A DNA stretch of 32,000 bases from Candidatus Saccharimonadota bacterium. GTDB lineage: Bacteria > Bacteroidota > Bacteroidia > Flavobacteriales > Blattabacteriaceae. Positions 8,217 to 17,678 of this stretch are shown one piece after another (position 1 is the first letter of the stretch; each line of letters starts with the position of its first letter). The position numbers and the translations under genes are program-made. The DNA is taken from the NCBI RefSeq assembly GCF_014251775.1, contig NZ_CP059199.1, positions 210,001 through 242,000 of the forward strand. Reading direction: 5' to 3'. The notes below the pieces were generated by a model. That model did no database searches. It saw only the letters and a list, made by a program, of their open reading frames with translations, and was not told the DNA's origin.

Positions 8217-10499
8217 ATGAAAAAAAATACTATTCGTGAAGAATCTTTAGACTATCATAGTAAATTTCCTGCAGGAAAAATAAAAATTACTCCAACTAAA
8301 AATTATAACAACCAAAAATACTTATCACTTGCTTATTCTCCAGGTGTAGCTGAACCTTGTAAAGAAATAGCTAAAGATTTTAACAAAGTTTATAAATATA
8401 CTTCAAAAGGGAATCTAGTAGCAGTAATTACTAATGGATCAGCTGTATTAGGACTAGGAAATATTGGAGCATTAGCTTCTAAACCAGTAATGGAAGGAAA
8501 ATCCCTTTTATTCAAAATATTTTCTGGAATTGATGTATTTGATATAGAAATCAATGAATCTAATCCAGAAAAATTTATAGAAATTGTAAAATCTATATCC
8601 CCTACATTTGGTGGAATTAATTTAGAGGATATTAAAGCTCCAGAAGCTTTTGAAATAGAAAAAAGGTTAAAAAAAGATTTGGATATTCCTGTAATGCATG
8701 ATGATCAAGATGGAACAGCAATTATTTCAGGTGCTGCGCTTTTAAATGCAATAGATTATGTAAAAAAAGATATACGTAATATAAAAATGATAGTAAATGG
8801 GGCTGGTGCAGCCGCAATTTCTTGTACAAGAATATATAAAAAACTTGGAGTTAATCCAAATAATATTCTTATGTTTGATAGTAAAGGATTATTGCATGAT
8901 TCAAGAAATGATTTAAATAAAGAAAAAAAGGAATTTTCCATTGATATTTTTATGCCATTTCAGAAGTTAGAAGAAGCAATAATAAATGCAGATGTATTTA
9001 TTGGATTATCTACAGGTGGTGTATTAACCAATGATATGTTAAAAAATATGGCTAAAAACCCTATTGTTTTTGCAATGGCGAATCCTGATCCAGAGATAGA
9101 ATATAATTTAGCTAAAAAAATACGTCCTGATGTAATTATCGCTACTGGAAGAAGTGATTATCCTAATCAAGTTAATAATGTTTTAGGATTTCCTTATATT
9201 TTTAGAGGGGCATTAGATGTTCAAGCTAGTATTATAAATGACGAAATGAAATTAGCTGCAGTTTACGCTATTGCATCTTTAGCAAAAGAACCAGTTCCAG
9301 AACAAGTTAATATTGTTTATAACAAAAAAAATATTTCTTTTGGAAAAGAATATATTATTCCTAAACCATTTGATAATAGATTAATCACTCATGTTACACC
9401 AGCTGTAGCTAAGGCAGCTATAAAAACAGGAGTAGCAAGAAATATAATATCAAATTGGAAAGTTTATAAAGAATCTCTTTTAGATAGAATGGGATATGAA
9501 AATAAAATATTGAGAATGATACAAAATAGAGCCCGAACAAATCCAAAAAAAGTTATATTTTGCGATGGAGAAGAATACAATATTTTAAAATCAATTCAAA
9601 TTCTTAATGAAGAAGGAATAATTCATTCTCCTATAATTTTAGGCAATAAAAAACGTATTAAAGATTTAATATCTAAAAATAAATTAGATGTAAAATTTAC
9701 TATAGTAGATCCGGAAGAAGAAAAAAATAAATATAGGGTTGAACATTATGCAAAAATTCTTTGGAAAAGAAGAAATAGAAAAGGATTAACATTACATGAA
9801 TCAAAAATTCGTATGAAAAATAACGATTATTTCGGATCTATGATGTTAGATCAAAAAGAAGCAGATCTATTAATTACAGGTTATTCTAGAAATTTTTCTT
9901 TAAGTATACGTCCTATATTAAAAATTATAGGAAAAAAAAATAATAATTATAAGGTTTTTGGAATGATAATATTATTAACTAAACGAGGTCCATTATTTTT
10001 AGCAGATACTGCTGTAATTCCTAATCCTACTAGTGAAGAATTAGCTAAAATTGCTTTAATGACTTCTTCTCTAGTAAAGAAATTTGATATAGATCCAAAT
10101 ATAGCAATGTTATCCTTTAAAAATTTTTCTTCTAATTCAGATTTAGAAACATCATCTAAAGTTTCTAAAACCGTATCTTTTTTACATAAAAATTATCCAA
10201 ATCTAATAGTAGATGGGGAAATACAACCTGATTTTGCTTTAAATGAATTTTTATTAGCAAGTAAATTTCCTTTTTCAAAACTTGTAAAAAAACAAACAAA
10301 TATATTTATTTTTCCAAATTTAGAATCTAGTAATTTAACCTATAAATTTATTAGAGGATTAGGAGAAATTCAAACTATAGGTCCTATTATGATAGGAATA
10401 AAAAAACCCGCTCATGTTATGCAAATGCAATCAAATATAGAAGAAATAATAAATTTAACTACAATAGCTGTAATTGATGCGCAAATAAGAAATGATTAA
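8217..10499 (+). CDS. maeB: NADP-dependent malic enzyme (MaeB type, with C-terminal phosphate acetyltransferase-like domain)
   Basis: 760 aa. LSLAYSPGVAEPC, VITNGSAVLGLGNIG, the NAD(P) fold NGAGAAA, ANPDPEI, and a roughly 330-aa PTA-like C-terminal half typical of MaeB. Confidence 0.92.
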   Translation: MKKNTIREESLDYHSKFPAGKIKITPTKNYNNQKYLSLAYSPGVAEPCKEIAKDFNKVYKYTSKGNLVAVITNGSAVLGLGNIGALASKPVMEGKSLLFKIFSGIDVFDIEINESNPEKFIEIVKSISPTFGGINLEDIKAPEAFEIEKRLKKDLDIPVMHDDQDGTAIISGAALLNAIDYVKKDIRNIKMIVNGAGAAAISCTRIYKKLGVNPNNILMFDSKGLLHDSRNDLNKEKKEFSIDIFMPFQKLEEAIINADVFIGLSTGGVLTNDMLKNMAKNPIVFAMANPDPEIEYNLAKKIRPDVIIATGRSDYPNQVNNVLGFPYIFRGALDVQASIINDEMKLAAVYAIASLAKEPVPEQVNIVYNKKNISFGKEYIIPKPFDNRLITHVTPAVAKAAIKTGVARNIISNWKVYKESLLDRMGYENKILRMIQNRARTNPKKVIFCDGEEYNILKSIQILNEEGIIHSPIILGNKKRIKDLISKNKLDVKFTIVDPEEEKNKYRVEHYAKILWKRRNRKGLTLHESKIRMKNNDYFGSMMLDQKEADLLITGYSRNFSLSIRPILKIIGKKNNNYKVFGMIILLTKRGPLFLADTAVIPNPTSEELAKIALMTSSLVKKFDIDPNIAMLSFKNFSSNSDLETSSKVSKTVSFLHKNYPNLIVDGEIQPDFALNEFLLASKFPFSKLVKKQTNIFIFPNLESSNLTYKFIRGLGEIQTIGPIMIGIKKPAHVMQMQSNIEEIINLTTIAVIDAQIRND

Positions 10500-11308
10500 A
10501 TATTTTCATTTTTTAAATAAAAATTTTTTCCAAATAAAATTTTAATTTTTTTTTGAAAAAATCTATTAAAACTAGATGTATAAAAAATTGGAACTTTATT
10601 TTTATAATTTTTATTTTTATCAATTAATAATAATAATCGATTTTCTTTTAATTTTTTTTTTATTTCTAATGCTACTATTTTTTGTATATTTAATAAATGA
10701 ACCTTTCCATTAAAAAAATCTCTTATATAATCATATATGTATAAATAATGAGTGCAAGCTAATATTAAAACATCTATTGATATTGATTTTAAATGAATTA
10801 AATAATTAATTATATAATTCTCTATTTTTTTTATAGGGAAATTTTTTTCTATAAAAAAAGCTAATAATGGAATGGATAATTGAATTATATCTAAATGACG
10901 ATAATATTTTTTTATTTCATTCAAATAAAAATTTGAACGAATAGTAGAAGGGGTCGCTATAATTCCTATTCTTTTAGAATACAAAAATATGTTATTTTTT
11001 ATTACTGGATCTATTACATTTAATATTAATATTTTTTTTTGAAATTTTTCTAAAATTATATTTAAAGCATTAGATGTTATTGAATTACATGCTATTACTA
11101 AAGCTTTACATTTTTTTTCATATAAAAAAGAAACAATTTTGATTGCATTTTTTATAATAAAATTTTTTGATTTATCTCCATAAGGCATATTCCCAGTATC
11201 TCCAAAGTAAATAAAGTACTCATTAGGCATTTGAATTTTTATTTCTTTGGCTATAAGAAGTCCTCCAATTCCGGAATCAAATATACCTATTGGATTATTT
11301 TTATCCAT
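10496..11308 (-). CDS. murI: Glutamate racemase
   Basis: 270 aa. GIFDSGIGGL, and catalytic Cys motifs VIACNS and LACTHY. Its stop overlaps the maeB stop on the opposite strand within a TTAA palindrome (10496-10499). Confidence 0.92.
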   Translation of the reverse strand: MDKNNPIGIFDSGIGGLLIAKEIKIQMPNEYFIYFGDTGNMPYGDKSKNFIIKNAIKIVSFLYEKKCKALVIACNSITSNALNIILEKFQKKILILNVIDPVIKNNIFLYSKRIGIIATPSTIRSNFYLNEIKKYYRHLDIIQLSIPLLAFFIEKNFPIKKIENYIINYLIHLKSISIDVLILACTHYLYIYDYIRDFFNGKVHLLNIQKIVALEIKKKLKENRLLLLIDKNKNYKNKVPIFYTSSFNRFFQKKIKILFGKNFYLKNENI

Positions 11309-11320
11309 ATGAATATTTGT

Positions 11321-11557
11321 TTAAACAAACAATTTTTTACATAATTTTTTTTTTAATCTGGAAGCTTTATTAGCATGTATAATATTTTTCTTAGATAATT
11401 TATCTATCATAGAAATCACTATTGCATGATTTTTTTTATTTTTATTTAATAATAATTTCTTAATAAAAGTTTTTGTACTTTTATTTAAATATCTATTTCT
11501 TAGATATTTAATTTTATTTTGTTTAATTCTCTTTATAGAAGATGAATGATTAGCCAT
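11321..11557 (-). CDS. rpsT: 30S ribosomal protein S20
   Basis: MANHSSSIKRIKQNKIKYLRNRYLNKS... is a typical S20 N-terminus. I place the start at the second Met (11557). The track ORF start at 11581 would overlap the tRNA-Glu gene. Confidence 0.9.
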   Translation of the reverse strand: MANHSSSIKRIKQNKIKYLRNRYLNKSTKTFIKKLLLNKNKKNHAIVISMIDKLSKKNIIHANKASRLKKKLCKKLFV

Positions 11558-11573
11558 AGAAAATATTATTATA

Positions 11574-11645
11574 TAGCCCATAGGGGAATCGAACCCCTCT
11601 TTCCAGGATGAAAACCTGACGTCCTAGCCAATAGACGAATGGGCC
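11574..11645 (-). tRNA. tRNA-Glu (anticodon UUC)
   Basis: A GC-rich island in AT-rich DNA. Reverse complement: GGCCCAT TC GTCT ATTGGCTA GGAC G TCAGG TTTTCAT CCTGG AAAG AGGGG TTCGATT CCCCT ATGGGCT A. This gives a full cloverleaf of 72 nt with a TTCGATT T-loop, anticodon loop TT-TTC-AT, a G1-U72 wobble and discriminator A. No CCA is encoded. Confidence 0.93.
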
Positions 11646-11701
11646 TTTTTATGGATTTTATTAAAAATAAATTTTTTTTATATTTAACACAAGTTATTTT
11701 A

Positions 11702-12949
11702 TTATTTAATAGAAAAACCTATTGATTTTAAATCTTTCCAAAACAAAGGATATGATTTTTCCACAACATTAGGATTACTTATTTTTAATAAAGGAATATT
11801 ATATAATAATACAAATGGAATAAATGACATAGCCATTCTATGATCTTGATAGGTTTCTATTATTATTGGATGATTAAAATCTTTTTTTATAAATTTTTTT
11901 ATTGCTATACAAGAATCAGTTATTTCAGAAATAATACCAAATTTTGATAATTCTATTTTCAATGCTAATAATCTATCTGTTTCTTTAATCTTTAAAGTTT
12001 CTAATCCTTTTAAATAACATTTAATTCCAATAGCTGCACAAGTAACGGCTATAGTTTGTGCTAAATCTGGTGTTTCATTTAAATCTAATTCTAAAAATTT
12101 TTTTTTTTCAAAAAAAGATTTTTTATTTAAAATAATTGTTTTTTCTTTAAAAGTTGTAGAAATTCCGAAGTGTTTTTCGTATAAATATGCAACTTTTTTA
12201 TCTCCTTGAAAACTATTATTGCTGTATGAATTAAGTTTTATATTGCTATTATTTGAAATAGCTGCCATAGAATAATAATAAGAAGCTGAACTCCAATCAG
12301 ATTCTATATAAAATTTCTTTTTTCCAATTTTTTTACCTGGAAAAATTCCAATATTATTTCCTTCCCAAAAAATTCGTATCCCAGCTAATTTCAAAATATC
12401 AAAAGTCATTTTTATATATGGAATAGACGTAACTTTTTTTAAAAGAGATATTTTTAATCCGATCTTAAATTTACTAGCTACTAACATTAAAGAACTAATA
12501 TACTGACTACTAACTCTTGCATCTAAATTTACTTTACCTCCTAAGATATCTTTTCCTAATATTTTTATCGGTGGATAACCAGTTTTTTCTAAATAAGTGA
12601 TTTTAGCTCCTAATTGATTCAAAGCCTCCACTAATATAGAAATAGGACGTTCTTTCATTCTACTTGACCCTGTTAATATTGTAATTCTATTTTTTTGAAT
12701 AGAAAAATAAGAAGTTAAAAAACGCATCGCAGTTCCGGCATGGTTAATATCCAAAAACTCAGAATTACTACATAGACTATATTTGAGTATGTTAGTATCT
12801 TTACAATTGGAAATATTTTCAATAAAAATATCATTTTTATAAAGAGCTTTTAAAATTAGAAGACGATTGGAAATACTTTTAGATCCAGTTATAGATATAG
12901 AACCAAACACATTTGGTTCATTTTTATGAATATTAATATAAGAACACAT
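11702..12949 (-). CDS. aroA: 3-phosphoshikimate 1-carboxyvinyltransferase (EPSP synthase)
   Basis: 415 aa. GSKSISNRLLIL, HAGTAMRFLT, LDARVSSQYISSLML, ETDRL, DHRMAMSF. Confidence 0.92.
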   Translation of the reverse strand: MCSYINIHKNEPNVFGSISITGSKSISNRLLILKALYKNDIFIENISNCKDTNILKYSLCSNSEFLDINHAGTAMRFLTSYFSIQKNRITILTGSSRMKERPISILVEALNQLGAKITYLEKTGYPPIKILGKDILGGKVNLDARVSSQYISSLMLVASKFKIGLKISLLKKVTSIPYIKMTFDILKLAGIRIFWEGNNIGIFPGKKIGKKKFYIESDWSSASYYYSMAAISNNSNIKLNSYSNNSFQGDKKVAYLYEKHFGISTTFKEKTIILNKKSFFEKKKFLELDLNETPDLAQTIAVTCAAIGIKCYLKGLETLKIKETDRLLALKIELSKFGIISEITDSCIAIKKFIKKDFNHPIIIETYQDHRMAMSFIPFVLLYNIPLLKISNPNVVEKSYPLFWKDLKSIGFSIK

Positions 12950-12950
12950 T

Positions 12951-13271
12951 TTATTTTAATTTTTTATTTTGATGATGTCTTTTATGATCTCTTATTTTTT
13001 TTTCTTCTAAATTCTTATTAAAAGATTTTTCTAAATTAATTCCAGTTTGATTAGCTAAACAAATTATGATAAACAATACATCTGATAATTCTCTTCCAAG
13101 ATCTTCTTTTATTTCATTTTTTTTTTTTGATTGTTCGCCATAATTTCTAACTATAATTCTAGAAACTTCACCAACCTCTTCAGATAATAAAATAGTATTG
13201 GTTAATATATCGAAATAACGTATTCCATGATTTACAATCCAATTGTCTACAACTTTTTGAATATTTTTCAT
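12951..13271 (-). CDS. MazG-like nucleotide pyrophosphohydrolase (small all-alpha NTP-PPase)
   Basis: 106 aa. EEVGEVSRII...LGRELSDVLFIIICLANQTGINLE matches the paired EExxE/D metal-binding helices of the MazG/YpjD family. There is a 1-nt gap to both neighbouring genes. Confidence 0.7.
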   Translation of the reverse strand: MKNIQKVVDNWIVNHGIRYFDILTNTILLSEEVGEVSRIIVRNYGEQSKKKNEIKEDLGRELSDVLFIIICLANQTGINLEKSFNKNLEEKKIRDHKRHHQNKKLK

Positions 13272-13272
13272 T

Positions 13273-14232
13273 TTATTTATTTTTTAATTTTAGTAAAATT
13301 TTTACTTTATCTATTATTGATTTATAATTCAATCCATATTTATTTAATAATTCCATAGGTTTACCACTTTCACCAAAAGTGTCATTTACAGCTACTATCC
13401 TCTGAGGAATTTTATGCATTTTAGTAGTTATTACTCTTGCAATACTCTCACCTAATCCTCCTAAATAATTGTGTTCTTCTGCTGTTACAATACAACCAGT
13501 TTTTTTTATAGATTGTAGAATGGTTTTTTCATCTAATGGTTTAATTGTATGCACATTAATAACTTCAGACTCAATCCCTTCTTTTTCATATAAAATTTTA
13601 GATGCTTTTAATGATTCCCATACTAAGTGACCAGTACTTACAATCGTTACATCTTTTCCATTTGTTAAATAAATTGCTTTACCAATTTCAAAAATTTGAT
13701 TTTTTTTAGTGAAATTTTCTACTGAAGGCCGTCCAAAACGTAAATATACAGGTCCTATATAATTGGATATCGCTATAGTTGCAGCATAAGTTTGATTATA
13801 GTCACATGTATTAATTACTGTCATTCCGGGTAACATTTTCATTAATCCAATATCTTCTAAACTTTGATGAGTTGCCCCATCTTCACCTAAAGATAATCCA
13901 GAATGAGAAGCACATATTTTTACATTTTTATTAGAATAAGCAATTGACTGACGGATTTGATCATATACACGAGACGTCGCAAAATTTGCAAATGTTCCGG
14001 CAAATGGTATATATTCGCCAATGCTCAATCCAGCTGCTATACCCATCATATTAGCTTCTGCTATTCCAATTTGAAAAAATCTATCAGGATATTTTATTGA
14101 AAAATCTTTCATAAATAAAGAACTGGTGAGATCTGCACATAATGCCACAATTTTTTTATTTTTTTTTCCTAAAAACGTTAAAGCATCACCAAATCCTTTT
14201 CTAGTTTCTTTTGATTCTTTATTTTTTAACAT
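13273..14232 (-). CDS. tkt: Transketolase, C-terminal (pyrimidine-binding + C-terminal domain) subunit
   Basis: 319 aa. RKGFGDAL, FQIGIAEANMMGIAAGL, GEDGATHQSLEDIG. This is the size and content of the C-terminal subunit of two-gene split transketolases. Confidence 0.9.
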   Translation of the reverse strand: MLKNKESKETRKGFGDALTFLGKKNKKIVALCADLTSSLFMKDFSIKYPDRFFQIGIAEANMMGIAAGLSIGEYIPFAGTFANFATSRVYDQIRQSIAYSNKNVKICASHSGLSLGEDGATHQSLEDIGLMKMLPGMTVINTCDYNQTYAATIAISNYIGPVYLRFGRPSVENFTKKNQIFEIGKAIYLTNGKDVTIVSTGHLVWESLKASKILYEKEGIESEVINVHTIKPLDEKTILQSIKKTGCIVTAEEHNYLGGLGESIARVITTKMHKIPQRIVAVNDTFGESGKPMELLNKYGLNYKSIIDKVKILLKLKNK

Positions 14233-14244
14233 AATAATAAAAAT

Positions 14245-15108
14245 TTATAATGGATAATCTTCTAATTGACTTTTAATATTTGAAAGTTTATCTAATGCTA
14301 TTTTCAATTCTTCATCATTAGGAGATTTTCCATGCCATTTATTATCGCCCATCATAAAATCTACTCCATACCCCATTTGAGTATATAAGATAATTAAAAC
14401 AGGTTTTTTATTTCTAGTTTTATTTTTAGCATTTTTTAAAGTTTTAATTACACTATATATATCATTACCATTTTTTTCTTCTAACACTTCCCATCCAAAC
14501 GATAAAAACTTTTTTTTCAAATCCCCAAGAGGTAGTACTTCATCCGTTGATCCATCTATTTGTTGACCATTATAATCCACAGTTGCTATATAATTATCTA
14601 TTTTTTTTGATCCTGCATATAAAACAGCCTCCCAGATTTGACCTTCATTTAATTCTCCATCTCCGTGTAAACTATAGATAATAGTATCTAATTCTTTATT
14701 TAATTTTTTTGATATTGCTACTCCGATAGATACTGACATTCCCTGACCTAATGATCCAGAAGATATTCTTATTCCTGGTAATTTATCATGTACTGAAGGA
14801 TGCCCTTGCAATCTAGAATTTATTTTTCTAAAAGAAGATAATTCTTTAATCGGAAAAAAACCTGATCGAGCTAATACACTATAATATAAAGGTGATATAT
14901 GACCATTTGATAAAATGAAAATATCTTCTCCATATCCGTTCATTGTAAATTTTTTTGGATTATAATTCATTATTGTTTTGTATAATGCTACTAAATATTC
15001 TGTACATCCTAATGATCCTCCAGGATGACCAGAATTTGCGTTATTTACCATACGAAGAATATCTCTTCTAACTTGGATACATAAATCTTTTAAATAATGT
15101 ATATTCAT
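14245..15108 (-). CDS. tkt: Transketolase, N-terminal (TPP-binding) subunit
   Basis: 287 aa. SGHPGGSLG, LSNGHISPLYY, and TPP motif GDGELNEGQIWEA. It lies 12 nt upstream of the C-terminal subunit gene. Confidence 0.9.
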   Translation of the reverse strand: MNIHYLKDLCIQVRRDILRMVNNANSGHPGGSLGCTEYLVALYKTIMNYNPKKFTMNGYGEDIFILSNGHISPLYYSVLARSGFFPIKELSSFRKINSRLQGHPSVHDKLPGIRISSGSLGQGMSVSIGVAISKKLNKELDTIIYSLHGDGELNEGQIWEAVLYAGSKKIDNYIATVDYNGQQIDGSTDEVLPLGDLKKKFLSFGWEVLEEKNGNDIYSVIKTLKNAKNKTRNKKPVLIILYTQMGYGVDFMMGDNKWHGKSPNDEELKIALDKLSNIKSQLEDYPL

Positions 15109-15183
15109 TATTAACTTTAATTTTAATTTTAAGACATATTAAATTAATAAAAATAGTGAGATTATAAATCAATTTTTTAATTA

Positions 15184-15618
15184 ATGAGTATTATAAATAG
15201 GAAAGCAAAATATAAGTTTCATTTATATAATTATTATATAGCTGGAATACAATTATTAGGATCAGAAGTAAAATCCATAAGAAAAAATAAAGTAAATATT
15301 TCTGAAAGTTTTTGTCAAATAAAAAATGGAGAACTTTATTCTATTAACATGTATATTGAAAAATATGAATTTGTTTTCGATCCTAATTATTCAACTAATA
15401 GAGATAGAAAACTACTGTTAAATAAAAATGAATTATTAAAAATTAATAAAAAATTATTAAATCCAGGAATAACTATCATTCCTATTGAAATTTTTTTTAA
15501 TAAAAATGGATATGCAAAAATGAAAATAGCTATAGCAAAAGGTAAAAAAAATCACGATAAACGAGAGTCTATTAAAAAAAGAGAATCAATTAGAGATGTA
15601 AAAAGATATTTTATTTAA
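15184..15618 (+). CDS. smpB: SsrA-binding protein SmpB
   Basis: 144 aa. NRKAKYKFHLYNYYIAGIQLLGSEVKSIR...NISESF..., then the basic C-terminal tail KGKKNHDKRESIKKRE. Confidence 0.9.
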   Translation: MSIINRKAKYKFHLYNYYIAGIQLLGSEVKSIRKNKVNISESFCQIKNGELYSINMYIEKYEFVFDPNYSTNRDRKLLLNKNELLKINKKLLNPGITIIPIEIFFNKNGYAKMKIAIAKGKKNHDKRESIKKRESIRDVKRYFI

Positions 15619-15841
15619 TTGAATTACAATTGATCATTTGGAATAAAAGATCAATTCTAGTGAAAGGATTTTTTTACTAAAAAAAAATATCCTAGAAAAG
15701 AAATAATATCTGATAATAAAAATTATAGTATAATTCATAAAAAATATTTTTATAATTTTATGAGAAATACTAATGATAAATATCTTTTAACAAAGATAAA
15801 ATAGAAGATCAAAATAATTTTATTTACTTTTAAATATTGCT

Positions 15842-16624
15842 CTATTTTAGATGATTTTTTTTTTTAAATATATAAAATGATATAAAAATACTGAATTGAT
15901 ATAAAATTAATAAAGGAATTAGCACAATAATTGTGCTAAGTATATCTCCCGGAGTAATTGCAGAAGAAATAATTAACATTATTAAAAATGCGTGTTTTCT
16001 ATATTTTCTTAAAAAAGAATAAGAAATTAATCCTGCTTTAGATAATAAAAAAATAAAGAATGGAAATAAAAATATCATTCCCATTAATAATACAGAATTT
16101 ATAATCAATGAAATATAATCTGATAAATCAAAAATATTTTTTGGAAAATTACTTATTTTAAAAGTATATCCAAAATTAATTAAGAATGGAAATAATATAA
16201 AATATCCAAAAAACATTCCAATACAAAATAAAGTACTAACCATAGTTGTAATTATTTGAGAATATATTCTTTCTTTATCAGAAAAAGCAGGACTTATGAA
16301 ACTCCATAATTCATAAAAAATATAAGGAAATGATAAAATAAATCCTCCACAAAAACATATCCATATATAAATGTTAAATTGACCAAATATTTCTCTATTT
16401 TGAATAGATAAATTATGAAAATATAATTTATTTGTAAAATGTTTAAGTAACCGATAAGTAATAAAATTTTTTTTAGCAGGACCAAAAATAATTTGGTTAA
16501 ACAAAATTTTTTTATTAATCATTAAAAAAAACATCATAATTATGATAACAAATAAACAACGAATCATACGGATTCTTAGTTCTTCAATATGTTCCCAAAA
16601 AGGCATTATTTTTTTTTTATTCAT
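15842..16624 (-). CDS. tatC: Twin-arginine translocase subunit TatC
   Basis: 260 aa. FWEHIEELRIRMI near the N-terminus, six predicted TM segments, and TPGDILS in the last loop (compare TP-x-D). Confidence 0.88.
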   Translation of the reverse strand: MNKKKIMPFWEHIEELRIRMIRCLFVIIIMMFFLMINKKILFNQIIFGPAKKNFITYRLLKHFTNKLYFHNLSIQNREIFGQFNIYIWICFCGGFILSFPYIFYELWSFISPAFSDKERIYSQIITTMVSTLFCIGMFFGYFILFPFLINFGYTFKISNFPKNIFDLSDYISLIINSVLLMGMIFLFPFFIFLLSKAGLISYSFLRKYRKHAFLIMLIISSAITPGDILSTIIVLIPLLILYQFSIFISFYIFKKKNHLK

Positions 16625-16643
16625 AAAAAATACTTAATAACAA

Positions 16644-17678
16644 ATGAAATGTGGAATTATAGGTCTTCCTAACGTTGGAAAATCAACATTTTTTAATATT
16701 ATATCAAATTCCAAAGTATTATCAAAAAATTTTCCATTTTGTACTATTAATCCGAATCATGGAGTTATAAAAGTAGCAGATGATAGATTATTAGAATTAA
16801 ATAAATTTATAAAATCTAATAAAATAATTCCATCTGAAATAAAAATAGTAGATATAGCTGGTCTAATCAAAGGATCTCATAAAGGAGATGGATTAGGTAA
16901 TAAATTTCTATCTCATATTCGAGAAACAGATGCTATTATTCATATGATACGTTTTTTTAATGATATGAATATTCTTCATGTAGAAGGAGATATTAATCCT
17001 ATTAGGGATAAAGAAATTATTGATATGGAATTACAATTAAAAGATTTATCTACTATAGAAAAAAAAATAGATAAGATTTCTAATGATTTATCTTCTAAAA
17101 AAAAAAACAATGAATTTATTTTTTTAAAAAAAATATTAATCTTTTTAAAAAAAGGAAAAAATATTAGAATGTATCCGTTTAAAAATGATGAAAGAAAATA
17201 TATAAAAAATTTACAATTACTTACGGAAAAACCTGTTTTATATATTTGTAATACAAATGATGATTTAAATATTATTCAAAATAAACCTACTGTAAAATTA
17301 TTACAAAATATAGTAAAAATGGAAAATTCTAATATTTTATTTTTTTCTTTAAAAAAAAGAATAAATTTTAACTATTTATTTAAAAACATTCTTTTTTTAC
17401 TTAATTTAAAAACATTTTTTACAGTAGGAAAAAAAGAAATTCGTGCTTGGAATATTCCTAAATCATATACTACATATGAAGCTTCTTCAATTATTCATAC
17501 TGATTTTAAAAAAGGTTTTATAAAAGCAGAAATTATTCGTTATGATCATTTTATTAAATATCAATCAGAAGAAAAATTAAAAAAATTAGGAAAAATTTTT
17601 TTAGCAGGAAAAAATTATCTTATCAAAGATGGTGATATTATTTATTTTCGATTTAGTTCTCATAAAAAAAATCTTTAA
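16644..17678 (+). CDS. ychF: Ribosome-binding ATPase YchF (Obg-like)
   Basis: 344 aa. P-loop GIIGLPNVGKSTFFN, FCTINPN, DIAGLIKGSHKGDGLGNKFL, and C-terminal TGS-like FFTVGKKEIRAWNI...IHTDFKKGFIKAEI. Confidence 0.92.
   Translation: MKCGIIGLPNVGKSTFFNIISNSKVLSKNFPFCTINPNHGVIKVADDRLLELNKFIKSNKIIPSEIKIVDIAGLIKGSHKGDGLGNKFLSHIRETDAIIHMIRFFNDMNILHVEGDINPIRDKEIIDMELQLKDLSTIEKKIDKISNDLSSKKKNNEFIFLKKILIFLKKGKNIRMYPFKNDERKYIKNLQLLTEKPVLYICNTNDDLNIIQNKPTVKLLQNIVKMENSNILFFSLKKRINFNYLFKNILFLLNLKTFFTVGKKEIRAWNIPKSYTTYEASSIIHTDFKKGFIKAEIIRYDHFIKYQSEEKLKKLGKIFLAGKNYLIKDGDIIYFRFSSHKKNL

Noticed and set aside
8756-8941. 61-aa ORF antisense to maeB
   Set aside because: It is embedded antisense in a well-supported gene and has no motifs. 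Likely spurious.
11558-11581. N-terminal extension of the rpsT ORF (MGYIIIFS-) given by the ORF track
   Set aside because: The extension overlaps the 3' end of tRNA-Glu (11574-11645), and canonical S20 begins at MANHSS. Similar over-extensions were trimmed for htrA (19626, TTG start), ftsL (22395, TTG start) and murC (29168).
13273-15108. Two adjacent transketolase ORFs as a possible frameshifted or nonsense-disrupted pseudogene
   Set aside because: The split falls at the usual boundary of two-subunit transketolases: a ~280-aa TPP-binding subunit and a ~315-aa Pyr/C-terminal subunit. Each ORF has its own ATG, all catalytic motifs are intact, and the 12-nt gap is clean. This is a known native architecture, not decay.
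15628-15656. Hairpin AATTGATC-(13 nt)-GATCAATT 10 nt after the smpB stop, as an intrinsic terminator
   Set aside because: It has an 8-bp stem with only two G-C pairs and a large 13-nt loop. The nearest T-run starts more than 10 nt downstream rather than abutting the stem, so it is not a canonical terminator. It is noted only as a perfect inverted repeat in the 223-bp smpB/tatC convergent spacer.
16294-16485. 63-aa same-strand, out-of-frame ORF inside tatC
   Set aside because: It is an alternative frame within the well-supported tatC ORF with low-complexity hydrophobic sequence. No independent support.
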